Source of the DNA: Octopus vulgaris
Taxonomy: Eukaryota
NCBI GenBank assembly: GCA_951406725.2
Contig: OX597815.1
Span: 135,160,001-135,224,000 of the forward strand
DNA: 64,000 nt
Direction: 5' to 3'
Made by a program: the position numbers and the translations under genes. Every line of letters starts with the position of its first letter. Position 1 is the stretch's first letter. Of the stretch, positions 1-14,149 are shown piece by piece. The notes beneath the pieces were generated by a model. It did no database searches, had not been told where the DNA came from, and saw nothing but the letters and a program-made list of their open reading frames with translations.

Positions 1-103
1 CAATAGAATAAGTTCCGGGGTCGAGTTGCTCGATTAAAGGCGGTGCTCCAGCATGGCCGCAGTCAAATGACTGAAACAAGTAAAAGAGTAAAAGAGTAAA
101 GAG
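1..103 (+). mobile_element. 3' end of SINE family B (window-truncated)
   Basis: GGGGTCGAGTTGCTCGATTAAAGGCGGTGCTCCAGCATGGCCGCAGTCAAATGACTGAAACAAG plus (TAAAAGAG)n tail matches the 3' ends of the copies at 15679-16094, 30402-30799 and 56861-57266. Confidence 0.8.
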
Positions 104-255
104 AGTCACTAAAGTGAACAAGGGCACTAATCAGCACACAAAGTCATTGGTTATCTAGCTCTGTGACCAAAGGGGGCTTGTCTTCCTTGACAGCTCATTA
201 AGGTAGTGCTTTTTGTGGCTATGGAGTTGTTTTGACTTTTATTTCTAGCAATGCT

Positions 256-300
<45 letters not shown>

Positions 301-629
301 ACTATCCTAGCGTGTCTTGCTTTGAAGAATATCATTACATAGATCTATCATTATATATATATATATATGTATGTATGTATGTATGTATATATGTATACAT
401 ACATACTGCAATCAGATGCAAAAGGAAGATTGTGTTCGTTAGATAACTTTATTCAATGTTAAGATAATTTCATATGGTTAGAAGAACTATTTTTTTTACT
501 ATACATTAGTTTGTATGCATAATTAATCAATTAATCAATTACAAATTTAGCCTTCAACTGTTCTCATCAGACGCTAATAACTTTCGGAAGCAGTGAGCAA
601 TTACATGTGTACACACACACAAACGCACA

Positions 630-752
630 TACAATGGGCTTCTTTCAGTTTCTGCCTACCAAATGCACTTACAAAACTTTGATTGCCTGAAGTACCATAC
701 AGTGGGATTGAACTTGAAACTACGTGGTTAAGAAGAAAACTTCTTACCACAC
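630..752 (-). mobile_element. 5' half of SINE family B, degenerate
   Basis: GGGCTTCTTTCAGTTTC...CTTCTTACCACAC matches other family B copies. Confidence 0.65.
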
Positions 753-779
753 ACTTGTATGTATGTGTGTGTGTGTATG

Positions 780-817
<38 letters not shown>

Positions 818-1485
818 AGTGAGCAAGTGAGGAAAAAATACTACTTATCACATTTAGTAGGAGTTGTAAGTACTTAGTAATTGGCTGACTCAAGCTCCAC
901 ATTACTGTTATAAGTTTTGTAGGTGGAGAATGTGCACATGCACATATGCATGTAAAGGTATATGTTTGTGCGTGTTTGTCTCTTCCTATGCATGTTTAAT
1001 AGTGTTTATGCCCCTAAAAGTATAACACAAATAACAATATGACCAATTAGGTAGTGTCAATGTTTACATTTGCCATAAACAAGAAAAGAGAGAGGAAAAA
1101 AAAAAGCATGTTCACATCAAGCTTATCAAATCTGCTTGAAGAGCCTCCAAATGTCATTGACACTGCCTTACTTTCCTAACAAATGTTAGCTCTGTTCTGA
1201 GTTGAAAAACAGCTAGCGATAGCCTTGCCTTTTCTATTTAGGATAGGTAAAAATAGTTTCAGTCAGATATCAGAGTTGACCCAGTCACAACATTCCGCCA
1301 AAATGTGTGATCATGTATTACTGCAAGAAGTTGTTATTGGTGTGACAGGTACTGTGTGTGTAGGAGTAGTGTTAGAAAAGGTAGAGTAACTGTGAAACAT
1401 AGTGATACTGGTGTGCTAGTGGATGCATGGAAATGAAGATGATAAAGAGTGTTTGGGAAGTTGCAGAAATATTGTTGATGGATGT

Positions 1486-1995
1486 GAAGGTGCGTGGCTT
1501 ACTGGTTAAGATATGCACTTGGGCAAGACTTTTTATTCCACGTTGCTCCAGTCCACTCAGCTGGTAAAAATGAGTTGCACCTGCAATTCAAAGAGTCAGC
1601 CTTGTCACATTCTGTGTGTCGTGCTGAATCTCCCTGAGAACTACGTTAAGGGTACACATACTTCTTTACTACCCACAAGGGGCTAAACACAGAGGGGACA
1701 CACAAGGACAGACAAACGGATTAAGTCGATTACATCGACCCCAGTGCGTAACTGGTACTTAATTTATCGACCCCGAAAGGATGGAAGGCAAAGTCAACCT
1801 TGGCGGAATTTGAACACAGAACGTAACGGCAGACGAAATACGGCTACACATTTCGCCCTGCATGCTAACGGTTCTGCCAGCTCGCCGCCTTGTTACGGGT
1901 ACACATGTCTGTGGAGCACTCAACCACTTGCACATCAATTTTACAAGCAGGTTGTTTGGATGACCGAATCATCTGGAACCGTCATCATCATAACC
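1486..1995 (+). mobile_element. tRNA-headed SINE (family D), interrupted by a family A SINE
   Basis: A-box-like GTGGCTTACTGGTTA, CORE-like CTTGGGCAAG, CCACTCAGCTGGTAAAAATGAGT; sequence resumes after the 1660-1891 insertion. Confidence 0.55.
1660..1891 (-). mobile_element. SINE family A (tail type 1) with 15-bp TSD
   Basis: Head GGCGGCGAGCTGGCAGAACCGTTAG (A box) and GTTCAAATTCC (B box); flanked by GTTAAGGGTACACAT (1645-1659) and GTTACGGGTACACAT (1892-1906). Confidence 0.9.
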
Positions 1996-2109
1996 AATGG
2001 AGTGCCATTACTGTTGATAATGTTTTGTGGCAATGGGTGGCTAATAATAATGCGTGTCATAGTTGTGTTAATAGTTCTTATGATAGTTTCTTCACCTTCT
2101 TACCCTTAA

Positions 2110-2328
2110 TAATAATAGTTTCAAATTTTGCTACAGAGGTAGCAATTTGGGGGGAGAGGATGAGTCGATTAGAAGGACCCCAGTGTTCAACTGGTACTTA
2201 TTTTATTGACCCTGAAAGGATGAAAGGCAATGTCAACCTGGGTGGAATTTGAACTCAGAAGATTGAAGAACAAAATACCACCAAGCATTTCACCTAGCCT
2301 GCTAATGACTCTGCCAGCTTGCCACCTT
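2110..2328 (-). mobile_element. SINE family A (tail type 2), older copy
   Basis: Same head and TTGCCTTTCATCCTTTC core, ending CCCCCAAATTGCTACCTCTGTAGCAAAATTTGAAACTATTATT. Confidence 0.75.
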
Positions 2329-2332
2329 ATTG

Positions 2333-2350
2333 ATAATAATAATAATAATG

Positions 2351-2401
<51 letters not shown>
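2333..2401. repeat. (AAT)n microsatellite
   Basis: Direct reading; source of the poly-N ORF. Confidence 0.95.
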
Positions 2402-2404
<3 letters not shown>

Positions 2405-3353
2405 CTGGTGGTGGCTGTAGGGTGGATAATTTTCAATGTAAATTTATGGCAGAGCTAAGGTGATTGCAGTGATGATGATTGGTTGTTGAAGAAGAGGTGG
2501 TGTTCGTGTTGACTGTAGCCATGATATTAGAATCAAGGGACAGGTGTTTTAATGGGATTTTTGTAGCAATAATTTAAGACTCTAGTCTGTCTGTGTTAAT
2601 TGCAGGGTTCAATCTGGGTTTTCAGAAGATTTTCAATATTCTCTTTCCCTTTTCTTACAAAACTAGAGTCTATTGTTATTTTATTTATTTTAAAGTAGCT
2701 AGTGATATGATTAAAATGTTTTTTTTTTGATGTTGCCTTTGTTGCTTGCATTATTTATTTTAAACACAGGTATTGTTAAAATGTTATTGTTACTGCTGTT
2801 TGTTCAAAAATTGTTGACGTTCATTTTAAAATTACTGTTATATTAATGCTTCTTTAGATCACAGAGGTTGATGTTTACTTTTTGAATCTATTGTTTTTGT
2901 TAATAATGTTGGTTTTATTGCCATTTAATTTAAAATAAATTGAAAGAGAAGGATTTATGCATTTTGTTTGCTTGATGATGATGATGATGTTGATGACATT
3001 ATTTAGGTTTGAGATGACAATGGTAGTTACGATGATGATTTGTGCATGCACCTTCCCTAGCCATACCGCTATTAGCACCACCACCATTACCATCACCATC
3101 ACCACCACCATCACTGCCACCATTGCCTTCATTGTCTCTGATGCTCCTGCTCCCATGGACATGGAAATCTCTGGGGAAATTAAATTCAGAAACTTTAAAA
3201 GAAAACAAAAACCAGCAGCATCATAAAAGATTTAATCTAGATAAAGAAGGAATTCCAACCTGAGAATGGGGAGAGGAGAAATATGATGGTGGCAATGTTG
3301 ATGGTAGCGGTATTATTGTTGTTATTGTTTGTAGCAATGATGTTGAATGTTAT

Positions 3354-3466
<113 letters not shown>

Positions 3467-3654
3467 TGTGCTGTTATGCTGCATAAGCATTAAGTGGCAG
3501 ATGGGGGAGAATCGAATCTATGATTTGTCTCTTATTCAAAAATAATAATATTCAATAAAATGTAAATGGCTAGAGATTTAAGAGCTGAACTACGTCTAGT
3601 CTAATCATTTTTTTCCATCTTTTAAAACTGCACAGCTGAAGCTTTAACAGTGTT

Positions 3655-3850
3655 TTGTTTAGCCCTAGGTAAACCCTGACTGAGTTGGTCTACAGCAGTA
3701 TATTTTAGCCATGCTATTTTGTCAATTTCTTTTTCTTGCACACAAAATATAGAGAACCACATTATACAAGTCCCACTTTTTCTTAAGATGGCATAAGGGA
3801 AATTTGGCTGCTATCTCTAGCAAGTTGAGTGTATTAGGTAGAAGCCACAA
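3655..3850 (+). repeat. Old interspersed repeat family E (TTTAGCCCxAGGTCAGCCCTGA...GATTTGGCTGCTATTTCTAG)
   Basis: Similar decayed copies near 5870-6050, 15050-15220(-), 19200-19370, 27920-28080, 34205-34350(-) and 37015-37180. Confidence 0.55.
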
Positions 3851-4002
3851 GTGACTGTATGATTAAGTTGCTGGAATACTTCTGAGAACATGGTCATAAG
3901 TTCAAAACTTACAGTTATAGTCAGTGGTGGTGGTCATTGTTGTAGTAAGATCAACTGTTTATATCTGGATAAGGGCACATAATTTTACTTATAACAGTTT
4001 AT

Positions 4003-4049
<47 letters not shown>

Positions 4050-4799
4050 GACAAGGCAAGAAAACATTTTCCAGGAGTTGAGGAGCAAAAAAACAACATA
4101 TATTTTGAGAATTTTCAACAAAAAATGGTATGTTAACCCTGACAATAATCAGATACCACTGAACTAGGTAGTAGCTAGAGTACTTGTGGTGATATAAACC
4201 ATCCATCTTATCCTTTTTCACTCAGAGATCCTATAACAATGACAGTATAATAATAATAATAATAATAGCATTGATTTCATTTGCAAAAATGGGAAATAAA
4301 ATAAAATAACAAAAATAAAATAAAAAATTCAGTTTAGCTGATAAAAGAACTGAAGGAGAAGAGTTAAAATGGATTTAATTAACGATATATTTTAGGTTGG
4401 AAACATTCCTAATACTTCAACAAAACTGATCGGCAAGGAAACTCACTATTGAAATGACTAATGAAATACATGCATGTGCATCTGTGTGCATGCGAGTATG
4501 TATGCATGCATGTGCAGATGAATGGATGAACGCTTGGATGATGCTGCCACTTTGTTTCTGTTTGTTTAATCACTTATGATTTGAACTACACATGTAAATA
4601 GAAAGAGAATGTCTTTTACATTGAAATGATGTAAATTTAAACATGGAAATTTTAATTAGCTTAATGTAATTATTGACAGTAATAATAAAGCCACAAAAAT
4701 GAATATCATTTAATTTTAAGAACAGTTTCGAAAAAAAAAACAAACAAAAAAAAACAATAAATAAAACAGTCTTTAATTTTCAATATTATACTATATCTA

Positions 4800-5375
4800 A
4801 GACAAACTTCTGAAGTCTAAATTGTTCAGCTCTGAGAGTTGAGTATATGACTGGCATTGGACAGGAGAAGAATTTCATTGAAAGTGCATGTTTCCAGTAT
4901 TAAAAGATTGGTCATGATATCATGGTTTGAGGCTGCAACAGACTATTATGAACAGTACAGCCAATCTGAAGAAGATTACGCTCCCATTTACCAAGAACCA
5001 TTTGGGTTAGTCATGGATGTTTAAGCATGACAACTTAAAGTATACCAGAGGAATAACCAAGCAATTCATGAAAAGTAATAAAATTCTAGTGCTACTGTGG
5101 CCAGTACAATCTCTGGACATAAGTCAACACAAATATGCAACAAAGAAACTGAATGAACTGAAATATTATGCAGGCAACACATAGAATGAAGTTCCAGATA
5201 ATGTGTTCGTCAAACTTATAAAAGATTCAATACCTTGTTGTAATAATTCTGTTTTAAGAAATTCTGGGTACCTACCCAAGTATGTCATATGATTTCATTC
5301 TTTGTCATTAATGAGCACATTCCATCTTGTTGAGAAAAATTACAAGCCTTAAATATGTTCAATTATGTTTTTTCT
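4800..5375 (+). mobile_element. Tc1-family transposase remnant (C-terminal DDE half)
   Basis: Broken-frame motifs IMV*GC (VMVWGC), FKHDN (FQQDN), LLWPVQSLD (WPxQSPD), NSVLRNSGYLPKY (VIxxxGxxTKY). Confidence 0.7.
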
Positions 5376-8300
5376 TTCTTTTTATTTATTGTTGTCAATT
5401 CTGTCAAAAATTGCATTAGGCTAAATTTAAACTTCTATTGAAAAAAGTTGAAAATTCCTTTTCTATTCATATGAAGTTTGAATCATAATTGGCTAAATAA
5501 ATGGAAATAATTAGCATTTAATCATCGGTACACTGCTACGTATGTGTTGGTGGTGGCGGGCAAGGCATGTGTGTGTGTGTGTGCATACACTCTGCTCTGA
5601 CCAATTGGGTAATTGTTTGAGCATGTAAATTATTTCACTGTAGTTCAGTTCTATTTTGTCAAAACCTAGACAGTTATGCCTATTCCCAGTGCTTGTGTGT
5701 GTGTATCTATAAACATGTATATCTACGCACATCCATGTATGTGTGTTTATTTTTAAATAAAGTAAGTTTGACTTCTGTCTTCTTTCTAACTCCAAAATGG
5801 TGGACTGATATTTTAGCCATGTCATTTTGCAAGGAAGGGTTAAATCTATTGAAACTAAAAAAAAAGCACCGGTTAGCTTTAATCTAACAGACTTATGATG
5901 AAAGACATTCCAGTCATAACCAACCTAACTCATTTTTCATACAGTGTATTTATGACTACATTATCAAATGTGTCTCTTTTTTTTTCTCATTTTTAAACAA
6001 TAGTGTATGGTTTGAATGAGATTATATTAGTAGGTTGTGCAACTGCATAGCAGTAATTGTTTGTAATTCAGTAATAGATTTTTAAAAAAATATTTTCATG
6101 AAATGATCTTTTTTCTAAAAGTATTTTCTATAAAAAAATTCTTTCTGAAAGCGAACTTCCAGTTAAAATTTGAGGAATTATCTCATAATTTACGTTTTTA
6201 CACATAAAGCACAGAGAAATATGAAAAAATATCCAAAAACCAAACAAGTTATTATTACAATGGACTGAACACAATTTTTACTTTTTTGATTCACAGCTGT
6301 ATCTGATACTGTTGTTGTAGATTGACAGAATTGGTAGAGGATGGGACAAAATGCCTTTTGGCATTGACTTACATCTTTTTACTTTCTGACTTCAGATTCC
6401 ACTGAGATAGATTTTACCTTAAATGCTTTGTAGTATTTAGTTAGGTTCCTTTACATTCTGAACTTAGATATTACTAGGTCAGACAGTCATTGCCTTTCAT
6501 ACCTTTAGAGTTGGTAAAATAAGTGCAAGTAATGTATAAGGGACAACATAATTGAATGAACTCCATTACTCACTCTCTATGATAATGTCCTTCAGCTATC
6601 ATAATATTGGAAGGCAAGAAATAAATGATAACAAAACTAAAAATATAAAAATATTCAAATCATATTTTATCATTACAAAATATAATCTATAAATAAAATA
6701 AATATTTGAAGAAAAAATAATGTTGATTAAATCAAAAACTAAAAATAAATGAAGACTTGATACAATGAGAAGTAATAAAAGAGATTGACAAAAAGTAATT
6801 TTATCAAGGAAGGTTGATAAGGTTATGTGTTTTTAATGATTAACCTTAAAGTTTTTGATAGAGAGATTCCATTTCTAAATCTACCAGTTGTTTATGTCTA
6901 TATTCTTGAAATTAGTTTGCAACTGCACTTTCCCTAATTCAAAAGAGAAAGCTCTCTCTCACTCTCTGTCTATCTGTCCACCGAAAAACCTTTTGCTGTT
7001 TATATACAGAGTGACAGAGAGGATGCATGTTTATGTCTATGTGCATTAACATATCTCTGTCTAGTATCAATATGGTGTTGTATCGCGATTTTAAAATAAA
7101 ATATAAAAAGAAAAACCTTTCAAAATTATAGCTTGCAATAATTAGTGATTAACTCAAAAGGTTTATATATATATTTTGATGTTATTACACACAAGTGGTG
7201 GAAAAAAAAAAAAAACGATAAAAAATATAACGTTTCAAGCAAAACAGTTAACAGATACACACAAACAGAGATTTGTTGAAATTAGTAAGCTATCAAAACG
7301 GTAATATTCTTAGTCTTAACTGAATTTCCTGAATATATGTATTCTGTCAAAGAAACAAAAGAAAGAATAGATATGTTCATAACAGTTTAGGGAGAAATTT
7401 TTAAGCATCCACTTCCGTTTTGATCTAATTTATCAATGACAGAAATTTCACTGAAGTCACTTCTTTTGCTAGAAATAAAGCAGCTTAGGGCAGCTTAATA
7501 ATGAACTATATATTATACAGTTTCAGGTATAGTTCTGACAATTTTGCCAAAATTCAGATTATATGCAACACCATGCAATGGATGTACCAAGAATTTCATT
7601 ATATAAAAGTATATTTAACAATTTATAATATTGATATGCATGAGAGATAGATATATTTAGTCTAGTTGATTTATAATTTATTCTGTTGTGTCTGGGGAGA
7701 GTCATTTTCCTTTTGTGCCTTATTATTTAACACACTCACTAGTAAAATTTCCACTTATTCCTTATTTTTATTTTCTTAAATTTTTCATTGCATCTTGCAA
7801 CCTTTTCAATAGTCTTGACTGTCTGTTATTTACATTGTGTTCCTTTTTGTTTGTTTGTGCACATGTGAGTGGGTCAGTCTGTGTGTGTGTGTGTGTGTGC
7901 GTGTGTGCCTATGCATGCATGCATGTACGTATGTGTGTATGTATGTATGTGTATGTATGTATATATGTGTGTGTATGCATATGTATGTATATGTATGTAT
8001 GTGTGTGTATCTGTATGTATGTTTCCTGCATATTCATGTGCTTGCATGTCTGTGTTTGTGTATTTTCTATGTATGTATATGAACGTGTGTTTGTATATGT
8101 ATGCACCCCTGTCTGTCTAACCCCAAATATAGAATACAAACTGAGAACGATAACTCCATGATTAGGTTCAATAGCTAATTAACTCTGTCATTAGGTGGGA
8201 GTATATATGCTTTTACAAGCATATATGTCCTGTTATTATTATTATTATATTTATTATTGTATTTATATTTGTGTAACTTTGTCCATTTTTTTCTGTCCTT

Positions 8301-11300
8301 GTTTTTGTATACATTTGCTGCTTTCTTCCAAAGAATCTAATGCTCTTAGCTTAGCTTTTCCTTGGGGTTGGCCAGATTAGAGCAATCTCAAGAATAATCA
8401 GCCGAAATTGTGAGGATAATCTGGTTCTTGACTGAGGATAGAGGGCTTTGAATGACCTGTCCTTGTTTTCTTTGGATCGTCTATCTGGATGTTTTGTTGT
8501 CCTTTTTTGTATCACCTAGTTGTTCGGATGTTTTGCGTTTTTGTCCCATTTTGTATTTTATATATCTATATATATATGAACTTTACCTTTTTGATGTGTT
8601 TGTTTAGTAAACACACTGTATGAAATTCCATATCGTTTTATATTGTTAAAATTTGCCAGATGTGTATCTGCGTACAATATAGTGTTTACTGGTTGCTCTA
8701 TACTACTTCCGAGAAAACATGTAGTACTACAATTTTACCGGGAGGCTAGCAGATTTATACTTGTAACTGGTTGCAGATGTAATGTGCTATGACTTACTCA
8801 AAATATTCAGTGTTATGTTATTATTATTTTGAAACAACATAAAAAATACATTAAGCAGTTCAACATGTATACACACAGATGCAATACTTGAATACACATT
8901 GGGTCATTGGGTGTTTTGGGTTTTAGAACGTATACCTTCATCCATGTTAACAGACTTAGGCTGAACAAGCCTCGGCCTGTGTCCAAGTAGCATTCTATTA
9001 ACCTTACTAATTACTGCCTTTTATTCAGAGCCTTCTTGATGCTTTCTCAGCAGCTTATATGTTATGTTCCATGATGCTTCTTCTGCCCATTCCTGCTTAT
9101 TAATATATTATAACCATTAAACTTGCTGTCTTACAAAGAAGAGCTGGTTAAACAGACTGCAAGTTATTCAATATAACTGTAGCTAGTATTTTAAATCATG
9201 ATAATTTTAATGATTGATTCATCAATTTGCTTCAGAGGAAGACTATATGCTTGTTTTACAATCCTCATCTTCCTTGTTATGATATCCTATGTTGTATGCA
9301 TAACCTTTATAAGACAACTTACTTGGTCATTTTTGTGTTTGACAGAATAAAGGGCTGATCAAGGAACATACAGATTTTTTCTTTTTTTTCACCCTTTTGG
9401 AATTCAGGTACTTACTTTACTTTCTGGCCAGAAATTTTTAATAATAGCACTCATCCTTTACCAGTCACTTAAGAATAATCAGAGAATTTCATTTCCAAAA
9501 TGTTACCATTACATCATTTAACAGATACAGAATCAGTTAATGAATCAGTGTCATCTTTGTGGTATAAAGAGTAACCATGAAATTTTCTCAATCTAAATTT
9601 CTCAAACACACAATATCAATAAGTAGTTTTAGAATTTATTTACATATTAATTGACTAATTTATTGACTAACTACTGTCATAGTTTCTAACCAGGCCGACA
9701 AATAATTATTTTATTTTTATTATTTTGTTTTGCTTTTGTATTCAGTTAATGATTTTCATTCCGCTTTATAAATACTTGAAGCTTACTTTATTTTGTATGT
9801 TATTTGTTAATTTTGAATTATACAATATTCATATTGAAAATTTGCTGACTTGTACTTTTTCTTTTGTATTTATATTTGTCAAACAGAAATTAACTCACAT
9901 AAATTTACATTTTCTTGTATTTGATTAATTTTTTGGCAAAATTAACATTTCTTAAAGTTAGACTCTCATCGTATGCAAATTGCTAAAAATTGTACCAAAT
10001 TTATTATGAATATATATGGCATTGTTAAACAGAAGTTATAATACAAATGGACTTATGTAAATCATGTCTATAACAAGAATTTGTATTTCTCACCTTTTGC
10101 TGTAACTTTGAACTAATCATTATATAGGTGACTAAAAATATACACAGAATTACAAAACATATACACAAAAATTTGTCTGTCTGTTCGTCTGTTTGTGTCT
10201 GTCTGTCTGTATGTATGTATGTTTTATGTATGTGAGTGTGTATGTATATGTGTGCATGTATAAATACAAGTAAAAAGAAGTAGAATCCAGGGGGACAAGA
10301 GGCAGTCTATGCTGGCAGAAATTGGTATTTACTGGTAAAGTAAAAAGTTACATAAGTTCATATGCCATTGGCAAAAGAGTTTCCAATGGAAAATCTTCTC
10401 CCAATGGCATACAAACCAAAGAAACTTTTTATTTCATCTTTCTCTCTCTCTCTCTCTACACACACACACATACACACTGTTCATTCATTTGTGTTTGCTT
10501 TGCCTTGCTAACCTCGTTTGAATGAATATGCCATTGAATCATTGTTAACAACTGGATGCTCTTCCTGTCATAAATCTTAGCTGTTTTTCAAATAAAAGCT
10601 TGTTTACTTCACATATCTTTAAAGATGTGAAGTGAGCAGAAAATACACTGAGAGAAGTGACAAAAACCAACATTTGCACTCAGATTGCAACTTTCATACA
10701 GTGCACACACACAAACAAATACAGAAACACACGTGTACACAAACACAAACACATATGTATAAATAGGGCTATAGTGTATATGGGCAATAGGGAATGAATA
10801 CATTGACATTGTGTGTTCTGTGGAAATGCTATGCCTAGGGTGGTATATCTGGATTGTCAGCTACCAGTGGCTTAAAATTCATTCTTCCTGTTGATAGATA
10901 ATGTAGTTTGGTAGAGTATGTGAAATCTCTCCTGGAGACAGAGTTGGCAATGAACCAATGTCATTAAATATGTTATACTACAGTCTGTCACCAATGTGGT
11001 GACAGCATCCTGTCAACATCCTATCTCAGCACATGGGCCTAAGAATGAAGAAAATAGCTGCTGTTACTTCCACAGCATTAACACCAAGTGACCTGAGCTG
11101 ACCAGTAGAGGCCTAACATCTTAGAAGCTATCTTGAATTTGCTTCAAATCACTCCCTCTTCTGGTATTTGATGAGATGGATGTGTCCTGTGTACACAAAA
11201 CTTTAAGTCATATTGAGATGTATCAAACTGTTAACACACACACACACATATATATATACACACACACAAATATATAAGACAAGGTATAAAATATGGTCAT

Positions 11301-11600
11301 TACCTACTTTTCCTGTACTAGAACAATATTTGCTCTAATAAAGAAAAAATATAGTGACCATTATTTACACCTTGTTTTATATATCAATCTGTGTAAAAGC
11401 CAGTTTGTCTGGAGCCCAACCATGGATTTACAATATAAAATTATGATGAACTATGATCTAGGACCCTGCCACAAGAATACTTGTAGTTCTTCATTAATCT
11501 AAACGATATTGTTAACCTGGTATGTCAACAGACAGCTAATGAAGTATTTTGCCCAGATTGATTATCCTTCACTATTAGCTGTTTTTTTTTAACACAAACG

Positions 11601-11656
<56 letters not shown>

Positions 11657-12207
11657 ATATATATGCACACACACACATGTGCGCATATACACACACTAAT
11701 TCATTGATGTCGAGGGATTTTGAGATCAGCTGTTTTGGCCTAGTTTGTGTCTCTTCAATCAAAGCTTCTCCTTATCCATGATTCTAATCAAATCAATTAT
11801 AGAAATGAGCCAACAAATTAATTGCTGATTATCAATGAATCATGTGTGTTGTCAACACATATCGCCTGAAATAAAGTGTTCTTCAAAGGTGAAATACAAC
11901 AGTGATTAACATATTCATGTGCAAATCTGCTGGAATATATTAAGAATGAATATGAACTTCATTGTTGTGATTTTCACTGTTCTATGCACACATGATAATT
12001 ATCAATCTGGCAGACAACAGCATACATGAACAAATAATTTGTTTGCCAAATTCTATAAACAAGAGCAACTGCTCTTGTTTAGTTTCATTGACCAAAGGAA
12101 ATTTTGACTGATTGATATACAGTTTGATAAGTGCCAACACAAAACTCTCGGCCCTTGAGTTACTTTGTTGCTTCTGCTAAATATTAATAAAAATATACAC
12201 ATACTCA

Positions 12208-13442
12208 TATTTTGGGTTCTATTTTTCCTGTTTGCAAAGTAATCACTGTTTTTTAGTGTGAAATAAAAGTCATTTTTTTTCATACAAAGAATGAACTTTA
12301 ATCAATTTATATTTTCCATTTTGTTTGATGATCTTTTGCCATCTTTCTGGTAACCTCATGATTCCGTGCTCATAGAACTACTGGTCCGTATCAACCAAAA
12401 GCTGGAGCAGGTGTAATTTCAGGTTGTCATCATTATTGAAAGTTTTACCAATCAGAGAATTTTGCAAACTTTGAAATAAATGGTAATATAATGGGGCAAG
12501 GCCAGGGCTATGTGATGGATGTGACATCACTTCCCAACCAAGCTCCAACAGTTTTTCATGAGTAAGCAAAGATGGTGGAACACAATTCCTTTACGGTTTG
12601 CCAATTCTGGCCATTTTTCTTTGATTGCTTCCTCCAGTTTCATTAGTTGTTGACAGTATACATATGAACTGATTTAGTTCCTTGGATGTAATCCTACCAA
12701 ATTAACAGCATGACATTTTTTGAAGAAATTCAGCTTTTGATGTGGTTTGTGCAGGTTCATTAGGCTTGAACCATGATCGTTTTCGATTGGTGTTATTGTA
12801 GACAACCCGTTTTCATCACCAGTGATGATTCATTAAAAAATAAACAGGTAGATTGCATTGCGTTTGAGATGCATATAGCAAATATTGATTCATTGTTAAA
12901 TGAACCTCTCTCTCAATTTATGTGGAACCCAAATATCGAGCTTCTTGACAAGCCCAAGACATTTTAAGTGATTTTCAATTGTTGTGTGTGATACGTTTAA
13001 CCTCTCAGCAATCTCTTGCACAATTATATGACAATCAGATTCAATTATGGCTTTGATTTGGTCATCATCAACTTCAGTAGGTCGACCAGAATGTTGGTCA
13101 TCTTTGAGTGAAAAATCTCCAGAATGGAGTTTTTAAAACCATTTCTGACATGTGCATTCTGTTAAGCAATCAACACCATAAACTTCAAACATCTCATTCT
13201 GAACCTTAGCAGCTTTCTTACTTTACAGAAATAAAAAAGGCAAAATATGGTGAAGATGCTCGTTTTTGCACTCCATGTTAAAATTGACAGCTGTAAACAA
13301 AATTATGTGCAATTTGCTTCTAAAGTAAGCTAAAAGTAATGGCTGTCAAATGTCGAAAGGAAAAGTCATAACACTGACAAAAATCATTCAAAAAAATTGT
13401 AACTCTACCTATCTGTGATAAATAAAATTCTTGCCAACCCAA
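12208..13442 (-). mobile_element. Decayed near-full-length mariner (DD34D)
   Basis: 5' TIR TA-TTGGGTTGGCAAGAA; transposase from ATG at 13276 (MECKNEHLHHIL), KLDIWVPH, HPSHSPGLAPLYYHLFQSL, RLPERWQKII; many stops and frameshifts; left TIR degenerate. Confidence 0.9.
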
Positions 13443-14149
13443 TATATATATGTGTGCGTGTGTGTGTATATATATATACATATATATATATATATAAGTA
13501 CAGACATGACTGTGTGGTTAACAAATTTGCTTTACAACCATATGATGTAGCACTTACTTCATTGATTCTCAAAAAGATGAACATCAACATGCAGTTAAAC
13601 AGGATTTAAACTCAGAATGCAAAGAGCCAGAAATAACACTGCATGGTATTGTATTCAAATCTCTAATGACTGTACTAGTTTCACATCATCCATCTATGCA
13701 TGTATACAAATAGACATGCATATTTACATATACATAGGAGCTACATCCAGCGATGGGGCTCTGGTTCAGGAGTTCCAATGTTTTGAAGAGTGTGGAACTA
13801 CTTCTTACTGTTCCTGGGTCTACCCTAACCAAGGTTTGTAACACCTGTCAGGTCCCCAGATATGGGTTAATTAGCAGGGTATGGAATTGTCTCTGGAAGA
13901 AGGTCTTTCACAGACACTCCAATGGACTTAGAATAGGTGAGGCCATTCAGCATTTTAGCTGCTCATTTTAGGGTTTTACACAAACCAAGACACCAGTATC
14001 AACCTCATTTCCTTTCCACTTCAGCGTTGATCCTGTATTCATGTGGATATAGGGTGATGGTTAATTTTAGCAGCTGAGTCTTGCTGAACACTCTTTCATG
14101 AAAGTAGTGAAAGCATCCAACAACACCAATATGTATGTATATATATATA

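Noticed and set aside
540-575. Minus-strand CTGATGA near an AAATTTGTAA
   Set aside because: No GAAA box and no stem II; cannot be called a hammerhead
2875-3263. Overlapping ORFs and minus-strand splice-acceptor-like sites near 3170 and 3259
   Set aside because: Built on (CAC/CAT) low-complexity DNA; no recognisable protein and no partner exons
7688-8161. 157-aa ORF and overlapping ORFs rich in C/V/Y/M
   Set aside because: Translation of (TG)/(TATG) microsatellite; the same applies to the other YI, HT, ER and poly-N ORFs in the track
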